Shown here: one piece after another, positions 39,313 to 48,852 of the stretch
Layout: each line of letters starts with the position of its first letter
Numbering within the stretch: the stretch's first letter is position 1
Program-made: the position numbers and the translations under genes
Assembly: GCA_963851445.1 (NCBI GenBank)
Contig: CAWKPH010000001.1
Coordinates: forward strand, 159,943-223,942
Direction of reading: 5' to 3'
Source of the DNA: an uncultured bacterium
Lineage (GTDB): Bacteria; Patescibacteriota; Minisyncoccia; Phycocordibacterales; Phycocordibacteraceae
Length of the DNA stretch: 64,000 nucleotides
Notes under the pieces: generated by a model
What the model was told of the DNA's origin: nothing
Databases searched by the model: none
Seen by the model: only the letters and a program-made list of their open reading frames with translations

Positions 39313-39843
39313 TTACGCAGTGCGGAGTGGAATACCAAGGTGGCGATAAAATGCTTCTGCTTCCTTTACAGTCTTTGCGGTGGTCACAAGTGTAATTGCG
39401 ATGCCGAAGACATCTTTAAGATCCTCTTCGCTCGCTTCAGGAAAAATTGTGTGCTCGCGGATGCCAAGCGTCATATTACCCATCTCATCAATAGCACCTA
39501 GCGAAAGGCCTCGGAAGTCACGTGTACGTGGGAGTGCGATGTGTACGAGCTTGTCGAGGAATTCATACATGCGGGTGCCGCGAAGTGTCACCTGGTAGCC
39601 TATGATGTCGCCTTCACGCATCTTGAATTGTGCAATCGATTGCTTTGAAGGACGTGGAGCAGCTTTTTGTCCGGTGATGCGCGCAAGTCGCTCTTCAACC
39701 ATCGCTTTGCGGTTCTTGTCTGCCTTCCCAACACCCGTTGATACCACGATCTTGAGGAGCTTTGGAGATTGCATGACATTGGTATAGCCAAACTCCTTTG
39801 AGAGAGTCTTGAATGCGTCGTTCTGTCGGTCTTTGGTAAGCAT
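39313..39843 (-). CDS. rplE: 50S ribosomal protein L5
   Basis: ITGQK, VTLRG, LPRTRDFRG, EHTIFPE. Confidence 0.97.
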   Translation of the reverse strand: MLTKDRQNDAFKTLSKEFGYTNVMQSPKLLKIVVSTGVGKADKNRKAMVEERLARITGQKAAPRPSKQSIAQFKMREGDIIGYQVTLRGTRMYEFLDKLVHIALPRTRDFRGLSLGAIDEMGNMTLGIREHTIFPEASEEDLKDVFGIAITLVTTAKTVKEAEAFYRHLGIPLRTA

Positions 39844-39851
39844 AAGAAAAA

Positions 39852-40163
39852 TTATGAGAGCACCTTAGCACCTTTCTTCGTGACACGCACGAGGGTACCG
39901 TCACGGTATTCGCGGCCGATGCGTGTTCCCTTTTTCGAATCAGCGTCGTAGTACATCACGTTCGATGCATCAATAGCGCGCGGTGCTTCGACGATTTGGC
40001 CGACTTTCCCATTAGTGCCTTTGACGTGACGCTTCTTCATGCCGATGCCATCAATGACAACTTTGTTTTCAGCAGGAATAACCTGGTAGATTGTACCGGT
40101 CTTTCCTTTGTCCTTGCCGGACACTACTATCACGTGGTCGCCTTTCTTGAGTTTCATTTTCAT
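39852..40163 (-). CDS. rplX: 50S ribosomal protein L24
   Basis: KKGDHVIVVSGKDKGKTG KOW motif. Confidence 0.96.
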   Translation of the reverse strand: MKMKLKKGDHVIVVSGKDKGKTGTIYQVIPAENKVVIDGIGMKKRHVKGTNGKVGQIVEAPRAIDASNVMYYDADSKKGTRIGREYRDGTLVRVTKKGAKVLS

Positions 40164-40181
40164 ACGTAAATAGTTAGGCGC

Positions 40182-40559
40182 TTACACTACTTCTGGCGCA
40201 AGGGACGCAATGCTTTGCCAGCCACGCTCGATGAGGTCACGTGGCACTGGACCGAAAACGCGATTGCCTTTCGGACCCATTTCCTTGCCCTGCTTCTCAA
40301 TAAGTACTACGGCATTGTCATCGAAGCGGATGTACGAACCATTGGCGCGACGGTACGCTTTTACCTGGCGTACAACGACTGCTTTGTATATCTCTTTCTT
40401 CTTTGCGGCCTTGCGTGGTTGTGCGCTCTGTATGGAGACGACCACTACATCGCCAAGTTCAGCATAGCGACGCTTGGAACCACCGAGTACTTTGAAAACA
40501 CGGGCCGTAAGAGCTCCGGTGTTGTCTGCGACTTTGACGATGGTTTGGTCCTGGATCAT
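40182..40559 (-). CDS. rplN: 50S ribosomal protein L14
   Basis: MIQ...VADNTGA, IRFDDNAVVL, SLAPEV. Confidence 0.97.
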   Translation of the reverse strand: MIQDQTIVKVADNTGALTARVFKVLGGSKRRYAELGDVVVVSIQSAQPRKAAKKKEIYKAVVVRQVKAYRRANGSYIRFDDNAVVLIEKQGKEMGPKGNRVFGPVPRDLIERGWQSIASLAPEVV

Positions 40560-40570
40560 ACAAGTGTTAA

Positions 40571-40831
40571 TTACTGAGCCTGTGCTACAAGCTTGAAACG
40601 CTTAAGCTTTGAAATCGGGCGGCACGCAACGATGGTGACGTTATCGCCAACTTTTGCGGTGTTATCAGGGTCATGCACCTGGTACTTCTTCGTGCGAACC
40701 TGATATTTCTTGTACTTCGGATGCTTTACGTAACGCGAAACTGCAACGGTTGCAGTGTCCTTCATTGCTGTCTTAACGACAACGCCACGGAAAGTCTGAG
40801 GTCGGACGGTGAGTGTAGTTTTTGGTTCCAT
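40571..40831 (-). CDS. rpsQ: 30S ribosomal protein S17
   Basis: HPKYKK, VHD, CRPISKLKRF. Confidence 0.96.
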   Translation of the reverse strand: MEPKTTLTVRPQTFRGVVVKTAMKDTATVAVSRYVKHPKYKKYQVRTKKYQVHDPDNTAKVGDNVTIVACRPISKLKRFKLVAQAQ

Positions 40832-40840
40832 AAAAATAAT

Positions 40841-41098
40841 TTAAGCGCTCTTTGTCTTTGTTTCGGTTTTTGCTTCTTCCACAGGTAGCGCTGCTTCCAT
40901 CGCAGCTATGTTTCTGCGTGCATGAAGTTCCGTGAGTATACGTGCAACCTGGGCACGCGACTTGCGGGGAGCGGAGCTGTCCTTTGGACGAGCACCTGCT
41001 GCTGCAAAACGAAGAGTGCGAAGTTCACCGCGTTCTTTCGAAAGCATCTCAGTGAGTTCAGCTGGGTTCTTCCCTTGGAGTGTTTGTTTCTTAGCCAT
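40841..41098 (-). CDS. rpmC: 50S ribosomal protein L29
   Basis: EL..LRF, RAQVARILT; operon position. Confidence 0.9.
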   Translation of the reverse strand: MAKKQTLQGKNPAELTEMLSKERGELRTLRFAAAGARPKDSSAPRKSRAQVARILTELHARRNIAAMEAALPVEEAKTETKTKSA

Positions 41099-41104
41099 AT
41101 ATGT

Positions 41105-41524
41105 TTAGCGAGTGACGATCGTAGACTTGAGCGGGAGTTTTGCACCTGCGCGGCGAAGTGCATCGCGCGCAATAGGCTCCGCAACGCCATCCAGCTCGAA
41201 CATGACGCGACCAGGGCGCACCTCAAATACGAAATGCTGCGGATCTCCCTTTCCCTTACCCATGCCTACTTCTGCAGGCTTCTTGGTAACGGGGCGATCA
41301 GGGAATATACGAATCCACATCTTGCCTCCCTTACCAGTTACACGTGTAAGGACTTTACGTGCAGCCTCAATTTGATTGCTGGTAACGCGCGAGGCGCTCG
41401 TTGCCTTAAGGCCATACGAACCGAAAGCAACGGTAATGCCACGCGTGTCAGGACGCGCAAGACGCTCTGGGCTCTTGCGGCTTGTCTGCCACTTTCGGTG
41501 TTTTACTTTTTTCGGGAATAGCAT
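41105..41524 (-). CDS. rplP: 50S ribosomal protein L16
   Basis: PKKVKHRK, QIEAAR, WIRIFPD, MGKGKG. Confidence 0.97.
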   Translation of the reverse strand: MLFPKKVKHRKWQTSRKSPERLARPDTRGITVAFGSYGLKATSASRVTSNQIEAARKVLTRVTGKGGKMWIRIFPDRPVTKKPAEVGMGKGKGDPQHFVFEVRPGRVMFELDGVAEPIARDALRRAGAKLPLKSTIVTR

Positions 41525-41538
41525 AAGCCTCTGTAAAA

Positions 41539-42303
41539 TTATCGTGCCGTGCCCGCGCGAGAAGGAGTACGTCCAGGAGCTCGCTCTTGTGACTGACCGC
41601 CTTGGCGCGTAGTAGCTGCGACCTGACCTGTTTGTGGCTTGGCTTCCGGAGCGAATTGATCACCTAGATATACCCACACCTTAATACCGATCTTTCCGTA
41701 CGGAAGAAGAGCTTCTTTGTGTGCGTAGTCGATATTTGCACGGAATGTCTGGAGCGGGATACGACCGCGCTTAATTTGCTCAGTACGCGACATATCAGCG
41801 CCACCAAGGCGTCCTGACATGACGATACGGACACCTATAACCTCACGCACTGCCATAACCTTTTCAACTGTCTGCTTCATGACGCGGCGAAATGGCATAC
41901 GCTTCTCAAGTCCTTCGACAACCATATAGGCGACGACTGCCGCATTTGTTTCAGGCTGACGAATTTCCATAATATCGAGTTTGATAGCACGACCATGAGA
42001 AGGGGCGATTTTGTGAATTGCACCCGTGAGTTCCTTGCGAAGTTTTGTCGCGTTCTCGCCTGAGCGTCCGATCACAAGACCAGGACGAGCGGTGTGAAGA
42101 ATAACGCGTACTTCGCTTTGCGTGCGTTCGATCTCTATTTCCGATACATGCATGCCCTTGAGACGCTTATCGAGGAATGCGCGAATAACTGAATCTACTT
42201 GAAGATTCTCGCGGTACTGTTTCTTATCAACCGCAAACCAGCGACTACGCCAGTCGCGTATGATGCCGAGTCGATGTGCGTATGGATGGACGGTGTGTGT
42301 CAT
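41539..42303 (-). CDS. rpsC: 30S ribosomal protein S3
   Basis: HPYAHRLGI, ARPGLVIGRSG, SGRLGGA, PLQTFRANIDY. Confidence 0.97.
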   Translation of the reverse strand: MTHTVHPYAHRLGIIRDWRSRWFAVDKKQYRENLQVDSVIRAFLDKRLKGMHVSEIEIERTQSEVRVILHTARPGLVIGRSGENATKLRKELTGAIHKIAPSHGRAIKLDIMEIRQPETNAAVVAYMVVEGLEKRMPFRRVMKQTVEKVMAVREVIGVRIVMSGRLGGADMSRTEQIKRGRIPLQTFRANIDYAHKEALLPYGKIGIKVWVYLGDQFAPEAKPQTGQVAATTRQGGQSQERAPGRTPSRAGTAR

Positions 42304-42314
42304 GGTATGAAAAT

Positions 42315-42731
42315 TTATGCGGCGGACTTTGCTGTTTTACGAGGAGCTCGTGGCTTTGCAACCTTTGCCTTTGTAACCTCAGCAGCAGGTAGTGCAACTT
42401 TTGCTTTTTGATCTACAGAAAGGGTTACAAGTACACGGCTCTTACGACGGCGAATTGGCGCGCCTCTACCCATTGCGCGTGGCATCATACGCACGAGCAT
42501 GCCCGCGCTGTTAACCGTGATGTTCTCAATGCGAAGCGTTGTAGGATCCTCTCCCTGATTCTTTGCATTGGCTGCTGCCGACTCAATGAGCTTCACGATT
42601 GGGAGCGAGGCACGCTTCGGAAGAAATGAAAGCTGCGCGAGTGCTTCTGACACACGCTTTCCCTTTACCAGCTCCGTCACAAGGCGAACCTTGCGAGGTG
42701 ATTGGTTGTAACTGGTGAGTTCAGCTTTCAT
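42315..42731 (-). CDS. rplV: 50S ribosomal protein L22
   Basis: SPRKVRLV, SAAANA, PRAMGR. Confidence 0.96.
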   Translation of the reverse strand: MKAELTSYNQSPRKVRLVTELVKGKRVSEALAQLSFLPKRASLPIVKLIESAAANAKNQGEDPTTLRIENITVNSAGMLVRMMPRAMGRGAPIRRRKSRVLVTLSVDQKAKVALPAAEVTKAKVAKPRAPRKTAKSAA

Positions 42732-42734
42732 GGA

Positions 42735-43079
42735 TTACTTCTTAGCCGCAGGTGTAGCTTTTGCCGCTTTTGCCGCAGTAATTTCAGCTTGCTGGCGCTT
42801 CTGCTCGAGGTCCTTCTGCATCTTTCCGCCGTGACGGACGAATTTCTTCGTAGGAGAGAATTCTCCCAAACGGTGACCGACCATATCTTCCGTTACTAGC
42901 ACCTCTACATGCTGCTTGCCGTTATGAACGCCAAAGGTGAACCCGACGAATTCAGGCGCTATTTGGCTACGGCGCGCCCACGTCTTAATAACCCCGGAGG
43001 AACCAGGGCGACCAGCGGCACCAACCTTCTTCATGAGCTTTAGGTCGATGAAAGGGCCTTTCTTGAGTGATCGGGACAT
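42735..43079 (-). CDS. rpsS: 30S ribosomal protein S19
   Basis: [27 protein letters not shown]; start corrected to 43079. Confidence 0.97.
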   Translation of the reverse strand: MSRSLKKGPFIDLKLMKKVGAAGRPGSSGVIKTWARRSQIAPEFVGFTFGVHNGKQHVEVLVTEDMVGHRLGEFSPTKKFVRHGGKMQKDLEQKRQQAEITAAKAAKATPAAKK

Positions 43080-43113
43080 GCGAATTAAAAACCCGCGGCG
43101 CGGGGATATACAA

Positions 43114-43142
43114 AATCTATAGGAAATCAGCTGTAGTGTCAA
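43114..43142 (-). promoter_or_regulatory. sigma70-type promoter for rpsS-rplE
   Basis: TTGACA-N17-TAGATT followed by a short GC hairpin. Confidence 0.7.
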
Positions 43143-43186
43143 ATTGAGGCCGTATATCCATGTCGCGGGTGAGGTACAATGACTCT

Positions 43187-43993
43187 ATGAAGCACACGGT
43201 ACGGGATCTCATCTTTGTCATCATTCTGCTCCTTCTTATGGTGGGTGGTTTAGTTTGGTACATTTTCTATAAGCCACACGCTGCCCTTCCTGTAACGGCC
43301 ACCTCTACAAGCCCTTTTTCGGCAGCTACCACGCCAAGCACCTCGCAAGGCCTCCCTCAGCACATCATCAATAACTCCCAGTATTACGCCATCGACATGC
43401 AATACCCTTCATCAACGCCTCTAGCACAAACGGCCGGAGCGAGTGCTGACGCGGCGGCGGTGGCAGTAATGCAGTCGTTCAGCCAGAATAGTGTCGACAC
43501 CTTCATCAAGGATGGCGATTTTGCCGATATGACTCCGCAAGTGCTTAAGGACATGGGTGGGCAGCAAGAAACGATGAGTGACTCGTATCAGTTGTATACC
43601 TCACCTACAACCATTTCCTACGTATTCACCGTTACCCAGGATACGGGAGGGGCACATCCTAACAGCTACTACCAAACCTTCACCTTTGACTCGAAGACGG
43701 GGCAACAGCTCATGCTCTCTGATCTCTTCATGCCTGGTAGCGACTATCTCTCTACCCTTAGCTCACTTTCACGGTCGGCACTCCTTTCGCAGGAGGGTGC
43801 CAATGCTCAATCTGAATTGATTGACCAAGGTACGCAGGCTAGCAGCACTAGTTTTGCAAACTTCGCTCTCGACGGTGCTAATTTTGATATTTTCTTTGCA
43901 CCTTACCAAGTAGCTTCCTATGCGCTTGGCCCGCAGACAGTACAAATCCCACTTACTCAGCTTACGAGCATTCTCAATACGGAGTATCAATAA
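43187..43993 (+). CDS. Membrane-anchored DUF3298/RsiV-PdaC-like protein
   Basis: N-terminal TM; TGGAHPN, TFD..TG..L.LSDLF, FAPYQVASYALG. Confidence 0.8.
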   Translation: MKHTVRDLIFVIILLLLMVGGLVWYIFYKPHAALPVTATSTSPFSAATTPSTSQGLPQHIINNSQYYAIDMQYPSSTPLAQTAGASADAAAVAVMQSFSQNSVDTFIKDGDFADMTPQVLKDMGGQQETMSDSYQLYTSPTTISYVFTVTQDTGGAHPNSYYQTFTFDSKTGQQLMLSDLFMPGSDYLSTLSSLSRSALLSQEGANAQSELIDQGTQASSTSFANFALDGANFDIFFAPYQVASYALGPQTVQIPLTQLTSILNTEYQ

Positions 43994-44116
43994 GAAAGTG
44001 GAAGCGACTCGAATGAATAGGCGCCCCATCTATTAAACAGAGAGACTGTTGCACAGCCTCTGTAAGGAAGCCGAATATCTGGTACTCTAAGGTCAGGTTT
44101 CAGGAGGGTCTTTGTT

Positions 44117-44758
44117 ATGGGCATTGTTCAAATAGCGCTCGAAAAGGCGAGGCACGCAAGCAAGGAAAGGGTACGGGCTGAGGCGAACGAAAAAGCTGCC
44201 TGGGACGCACTGCGGGCTAGACTCAGGGCTGGCGGAACAACGGGGGATTATCTTTGGGACTTCCTTTTCGTTGGATATGGGCCACGCAGCTCCCAAGCCG
44301 AAGTCGATGAACACTACAAGCGCTACCTTGCAGTCAACGAAAGGCTAAAGGGACAGGCGGGCCAGCTGGTTCTCTACTTTCGTTACGAGAAACGCCTTGA
44401 GTCCTGCCACTTCACGCACAGCAGCTATAGAACTGACAACTGCTGGTATCTGGCTGTGCTCAGTGGTGAGCAGCTCATTTGTCGGCTTCAGCCAGATATG
44501 AAGATGGGCTGCTATCTTCCCGTGAAGTGTTACTGCAACCAGCTGCATCAGCCCATCATCACCAAAGGACGCCTTCGCGAAATACCGATCAGAGGTTGGT
44601 TCGATGAATCATCCCTTGTTATAGGGGACGAGGCAGTTATCGCAAGGCTCAAGCAAGACGGCCTCTGGGATATTACGCGGGGGCCGGGTTTTAGGGCCTT
44701 CCTCGATGAGTTGGGACATTTCGACTTGACTCCCGAGCCAGAAGAAGAGACGGCGTAG
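44117..44758 (+). CDS. Orphan hypothetical protein (213 aa)
   Basis: AGGAGG SD upstream and own terminator at about 44770-44807. Confidence 0.7.
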   Translation: MGIVQIALEKARHASKERVRAEANEKAAWDALRARLRAGGTTGDYLWDFLFVGYGPRSSQAEVDEHYKRYLAVNERLKGQAGQLVLYFRYEKRLESCHFTHSSYRTDNCWYLAVLSGEQLICRLQPDMKMGCYLPVKCYCNQLHQPIITKGRLREIPIRGWFDESSLVIGDEAVIARLKQDGLWDITRGPGFRAFLDELGHFDLTPEPEEETA

Positions 44759-44936
44759 GACGTGCGTCCAAGGGTGCTTTGCAAATGCGAGGCACTCTTT
44801 TTCTTTTCTCCCTGTTCTCGATATTCAACGTTCTGCTTCCAAGTAGGCTAATGAAGGACACGCAAAAGTCCCAAGCTCCAGGACCTTATTACGTACTCAA
44901 CATCATAGAGGTAGGAACGAATGCTAGAATCTCTAC

Positions 44937-45314
44937 ATGGATTCATCATTGAACTCCCGCAAAACGCACCCCATATTAAAACCAATAGCCCTTGTTTGTT
45001 TATCTCTCCATGGCTTGGTACTTGTTGGAGTAGTAGTACTCTGTTTGTTTAATATAGTACTGATATTACTTGCAGCATTTTTCACAGTGGGATTGGCACT
45101 TCTCATAATACTGGGGATCATATTTGTTATTGGCTACAGCTTCGTCATAAGTTTAAAGTATTATAAGCGCTCGAATTTCTCTAAATCGATCCTTGTGTCG
45201 GTATTAGTAATATTTGCAGTCGCTGAAGCTGGGTTCTATACCATTAGACAAATAGGTCTGCCGTCTCTAGAGCAACTTATACCCGGGCCGGGCAGTTGGA
45301 TGAAAGTTGGGTGA
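44937..45314 (+). CDS. AT-rich hypothetical membrane protein
   Basis: Three hydrophobic segments; TAGAAT 6 nt before ATG. Confidence 0.55.
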   Translation: MDSSLNSRKTHPILKPIALVCLSLHGLVLVGVVVLCLFNIVLILLAAFFTVGLALLIILGIIFVIGYSFVISLKYYKRSNFSKSILVSVLVIFAVAEAGFYTIRQIGLPSLEQLIPGPGSWMKVG

Positions 45315-45426
45315 GATAGTTTTTGAAACAGATTTCACTGGACGAAGCGCGGCGATGCGCACACTGCAAGCTTAACGAGAGGTCCTGCTCAAGAGCAGGT
45401 ACCATTACTATTTTTATTATAGGCTC

Positions 45427-46269
45427 TTAGCGCTTCTTCCCCACCTTACGTCTCGAAACGATGAAAACATTTGAATACTTCTTTGGAGTACGAGTCTTCT
45501 GCCCTTTACCCGTTGGCTTGCCCCACATGCTCTTGGCGCGACGAAGTCCTCTTCCCTGGCGTCCTTCACCACCACCGTGTGGATGGTCGACAGGATTCAT
45601 CGCCGTACCACGAACGGTAGGACGAATACCTTTCCAACGTGAGCGACCTGCCTTGCCGTAATTAACAAGACGCTGCTCTTCGTTACTCACCGTGCCTACT
45701 GATGCGTAGCAAAGATCAGAGACGCGACGTACTTCGCTTGAAGGAAGCTTTATCTGTGCATAGCCAGCGTCGTGAGCGACAACTTCTGCATAGTTACCTG
45801 CTGAGCGAGCGAGGCGAGCACCTGCGCCAAGCTTAAGCTCAATATTGTAGACAAAGGTGCCTGAAGGAATTTTACCGAGCGGCATGCGATTCCCAGGACG
45901 TACCGGTACATTCTCGCCAACGAGGAAGGTGTCGCCTACTTTCATTTCCTTAGTTGCAAGAACGTAGCGGCGTTCGCCATCGGCGTATACAACGCGTGCA
46001 ATGAATCCTGTGCGAAATGGATCGTATTCAATTGTTTCAACGCGTGCGGGAATATCGCGCTTGTTGTATGAGAAATCGACATCGCGTAGACGCTTCTTAT
46101 GACCACCACCCTGATGACGAGTTGTGATGCGACCTGCGTTGTTACGACCTGCGCGCGCCTTCTTCGAAAGCATAAGCTGCTTCATCGGCTTGTCGCCTGA
46201 AAGCACACCGCGATAGGTCACGGTGGTCATGCTACGACGGCTCTTGGAAGTTGGTTTGTAGGATTTCAT
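45427..46269 (-). CDS. rplB: 50S ribosomal protein L2
   Basis: GRNNAGRIT, IEYDP, RSAG, MNPVDHPHGGGEG. Confidence 0.98.
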   Translation of the reverse strand: MKSYKPTSKSRRSMTTVTYRGVLSGDKPMKQLMLSKKARAGRNNAGRITTRHQGGGHKKRLRDVDFSYNKRDIPARVETIEYDPFRTGFIARVVYADGERRYVLATKEMKVGDTFLVGENVPVRPGNRMPLGKIPSGTFVYNIELKLGAGARLARSAGNYAEVVAHDAGYAQIKLPSSEVRRVSDLCYASVGTVSNEEQRLVNYGKAGRSRWKGIRPTVRGTAMNPVDHPHGGGEGRQGRGLRRAKSMWGKPTGKGQKTRTPKKYSNVFIVSRRKVGKKR

Positions 46270-46274
46270 AAATA

Positions 46275-46646
46275 TTAAAATTGGATCGTATCACCCTTTT
46301 GTAGGTATACGTATGCCTTATGGCGCGCAGCGCGCGTACCCTGACCGTTACGAGTGCGTAGTGCTTTCTTCTTTGCAGGAAGATTCACCATGCGGACCTG
46401 ACGAGGAGCCACATTGTAGATAACGTGTATCGCCTCTGCGACCTGCTGCTTAGTCGCGCTCGCAGGGACCTTAAATACGTAGATGCCTTTCTCCGTACCA
46501 ATGAGTGCCTTTTCAGAAAGCCACGGCGCCTGGAGAACGGTGTGATGACGTCCGTCCGCGTGCGCGACCGCTGTCTTTGATGGTCCAGCCTTCTTTGCGC
46601 CTGTGGCTTTAGAAGAAGTATTCGTGTTTCGAGAAAAGATATTCAT
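46275..46646 (-). CDS. rplW: 50S ribosomal protein L23
   Basis: P..SEKA, YVFKV...ATK, KAYVYL..G. Confidence 0.93.
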   Translation of the reverse strand: MNIFSRNTNTSSKATGAKKAGPSKTAVAHADGRHHTVLQAPWLSEKALIGTEKGIYVFKVPASATKQQVAEAIHVIYNVAPRQVRMVNLPAKKKALRTRNGQGTRAARHKAYVYLQKGDTIQF

Positions 46647-46656
46647 ACGATTTTTA

Positions 46657-47451
46657 TTATGCAGCTACCTTCTCGCCTTTCTTCGAAAGTCGTGCCTTTA
46701 GTACCTCGAATGCTCCTGCAGGATTCTCGATAATGAGAAATCGCTTATCAAGGAGGTCAACTGTATTGAGGTTACGCACTTCTTCGGAGATGACGCTCCC
46801 GATGTTGCGGAAACTCTTTTCAGCAACGCTGTCCTTCGTGGTGAATGCGATGACTGCGGCGTTCACACGCTTCGTTGCGAGCGTTTCTGATCCTGAGGAC
46901 TTTGCGATTGCTACCAAAATTGCTTTTGCGTCACGCGTCTTTGGAGCCGCAAATGAAAACTTATCGATAAAAATAATCTCACCATCTTTCGCTTTCTTCG
47001 AAAGCACTGAAAGAAGTGCTGCAACACGCATCTTGCGATTTATTTTCACCGTGTAGTCTCGCTCTGCACGTGGACCATGTGTCACACCGCCCGTGCGCCA
47101 TATTGGTGAACGAGTCGAACCATGACGCGCGCGTCCGGTTCCCTTCTGCTTCCACGGCTTCTTGCCTCCTCCACTAACCTCACCGCGAAACTTTGTGTGT
47201 GCGACTGTTGGACGAGCGTTTGCCCGCATGCCTACATATACCTGATGCACAAGGTCTGCATTCCATGGAACGTTAAAGAGTTCTGGTGGAAGTGCGATAG
47301 TTCCGGTTTCCTTTCCGGCTACGCTCCAAACTTTCGCTTCAGCTACTCCTGTGGCAGGGGTAGCTTTCACTTTCTTTTCGACAGGAGTTTTAGCTACCGT
47401 CTTTTTAACGGCTGCCTTCTTTGCGACTGATTTTTTTGGTGCGTTTGCCAT
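46657..47451 (-). CDS. rplD: 50S ribosomal protein L4 with K/A-rich N-terminal extension
   Basis: RGEVSGGGKKPWKQKGTGRARHGSTRSP. Confidence 0.97.
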   Translation of the reverse strand: MANAPKKSVAKKAAVKKTVAKTPVEKKVKATPATGVAEAKVWSVAGKETGTIALPPELFNVPWNADLVHQVYVGMRANARPTVAHTKFRGEVSGGGKKPWKQKGTGRARHGSTRSPIWRTGGVTHGPRAERDYTVKINRKMRVAALLSVLSKKAKDGEIIFIDKFSFAAPKTRDAKAILVAIAKSSGSETLATKRVNAAVIAFTTKDSVAEKSFRNIGSVISEEVRNLNTVDLLDKRFLIIENPAGAFEVLKARLSKKGEKVAA

Positions 47452-47461
47452 GGTATTAAAA

Positions 47462-48085
47462 TTACTTCGCAACGATCTCGACAAGAGAACCTGGTGCGCC
47501 TGGAATTGCTCCGGAGATGATGATTTCCCCTGCCTTTGGATCTATATGAATGACCTGAAGGTTCTTCACGGTAACGCGATCACCGCCCATGCGCCCACCC
47601 ATGCGTAGACCTTTGGCAACGCGACCACCTGCGCGACCGCCGCCACCAATTGATCCTGGTTCGCGCTCTGAGTGCTTTTGACCATGCGAGCGGCGACCGC
47701 CATGGAAACCGTGACGCTTAACGACACCTGCGAATCCGTGGCCCTTACTCGTTCCCACAACCTCAACGCCATCACCAACTGCAAACGTGTCTAGGGTGAT
47801 TTCACTTCCTACGGTGTAGTTTCCAAGATCAGCGCTGTCCTCAAGACGAAATTCCTTGAGGATCTTAAAGGCCTTATCTTTAAGGTGACCACGAACTGCC
47901 TTTGAGAGGCGTTCTGGCTTTTGCTCGTCAAATCCTACCTGCACCGCAGCGTATCCGTCAGTATCAACGGACTTTACCTGAGTCACGGTAACAGGACCCG
48001 TTTTGAGGACGGTTCCAGCTTTGACGCGACCGTCCTCTTGGAAAATCTGCGTCATGCGGCCTTTGCGGGCGAGAATGAATTTCAT
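47462..48085 (-). CDS. rplC: 50S ribosomal protein L3
   Basis: KGRMTQ, DGYAAVQ, SKGHGFAGVVKRHGF, PGSIG. Confidence 0.97.
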   Translation of the reverse strand: MKFILARKGRMTQIFQEDGRVKAGTVLKTGPVTVTQVKSVDTDGYAAVQVGFDEQKPERLSKAVRGHLKDKAFKILKEFRLEDSADLGNYTVGSEITLDTFAVGDGVEVVGTSKGHGFAGVVKRHGFHGGRRSHGQKHSEREPGSIGGGGRAGGRVAKGLRMGGRMGGDRVTVKNLQVIHIDPKAGEIIISGAIPGAPGSLVEIVAK

Positions 48086-48201
48086 AAAAAGTAAAATGCG
48101 CTCAATGGCGCAAGATTTCAGTAGAAATCCTTACCATTGGTCCGGCCGTCAGCCGTACGTAGCGTTTCAGGTACTCTACACTAGTCTTTTAAAGGACGCA
48201 A
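48086..48201 (-). promoter_or_regulatory. rplC promoter and structured leader
   Basis: TTGCGT-N17-TAGAGT (48173-48201); leader hairpin 48103-48139. Confidence 0.6.
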
Positions 48202-48315
48202 CGATGAGTCCGACGTTAGCTTAATTTGTATAAAATAGTTCGGCCCTCGCCCAGCCGAAGCTGAGCGAGGAACCGTGTTGATGTTAGCCCATTTAAGGGC
48301 AACGATCGCCGCTGG

Positions 48316-48486
48316 TCAGGTGATGACGACGTCCGCCGCCGCGCCGCTGACCGAGCCGACGGCGCGCATGGCGCCGACCTCCTGGTGATCCGCGACGGTG
48401 AGATGGCCCTTGGCGGCGGCGATGTTCAGGATTTGCCGGGAATGCGGCGACGGGTGAAACCCGTGCCGGGCTGGGTTTTGGTGCAT
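48316..48486 (-). CDS. 56-aa orphan ORF with high-GC foreign-looking 3' two-thirds
   Basis: TAGACT -10 box, 5' hairpin 48506-48530, GGAGG 6 nt before ATG; 36 of the last 38 sense codons end in G/C. Confidence 0.55.
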   Translation of the reverse strand: MHQNPARHGFHPSPHSRQILNIAAAKGHLTVADHQEVGAMRAVGSVSGAAADVVIT

Positions 48487-48648
48487 TATCATCCTCCAGA
48501 GGAATGGTCGCCAGCGGGTTGCCGACGACCTTCGTAGTCTATACCCACTTTTTTCCAAATCAAGAAGTTATGCACTGTTAGATAAATGGATTCCAACCTA
48601 ATAACAGGTTGTAGATTTTGACTTGAGAATGGGTGCTAAGCTATGAAT

Positions 48649-48826
48649 AGGTCACGCATTGGCTGACCTTGTAATGGAGAGATTGCCATGATGAAGTTTT
48701 TTACCCTTCGGGGAAAGACCGCAGCCTTGGAGACACATTTCATCGAGGGGAGGTGATCCTTCATATCTCGTAAGCCGCACCGGCGCACTTACGCACCCGC
48801 AGGCCCGATGCATCCGCGTCGGGCCT
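48649..48826 (+). ncRNA. Candidate small structured RNA; contains a 22-codon ORF at 48688-48756
   Basis: Extended -10 TGcTAAGCT, AGGTCA/TGACCT hairpin at the predicted start, several hairpins, 3' hairpin 48801-48826. Confidence 0.5.
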
Positions 48827-48852
48827 AATGATTTTCATGCTATATTCCTTAA

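Noticed and set aside
44829-44952. Possible stem enclosing 44829-44919 and a 33-codon ORF starting MKDTQK
   Set aside because: Weak pairing, no promoter or terminator support, and the ORF overlaps the next gene.
48316-48430. Resemblance of VADHQEVGAMRAV to the LacI sugar-binding motif VANDQMALGAMRA
   Set aside because: Too short and gapped to support homology by eye.
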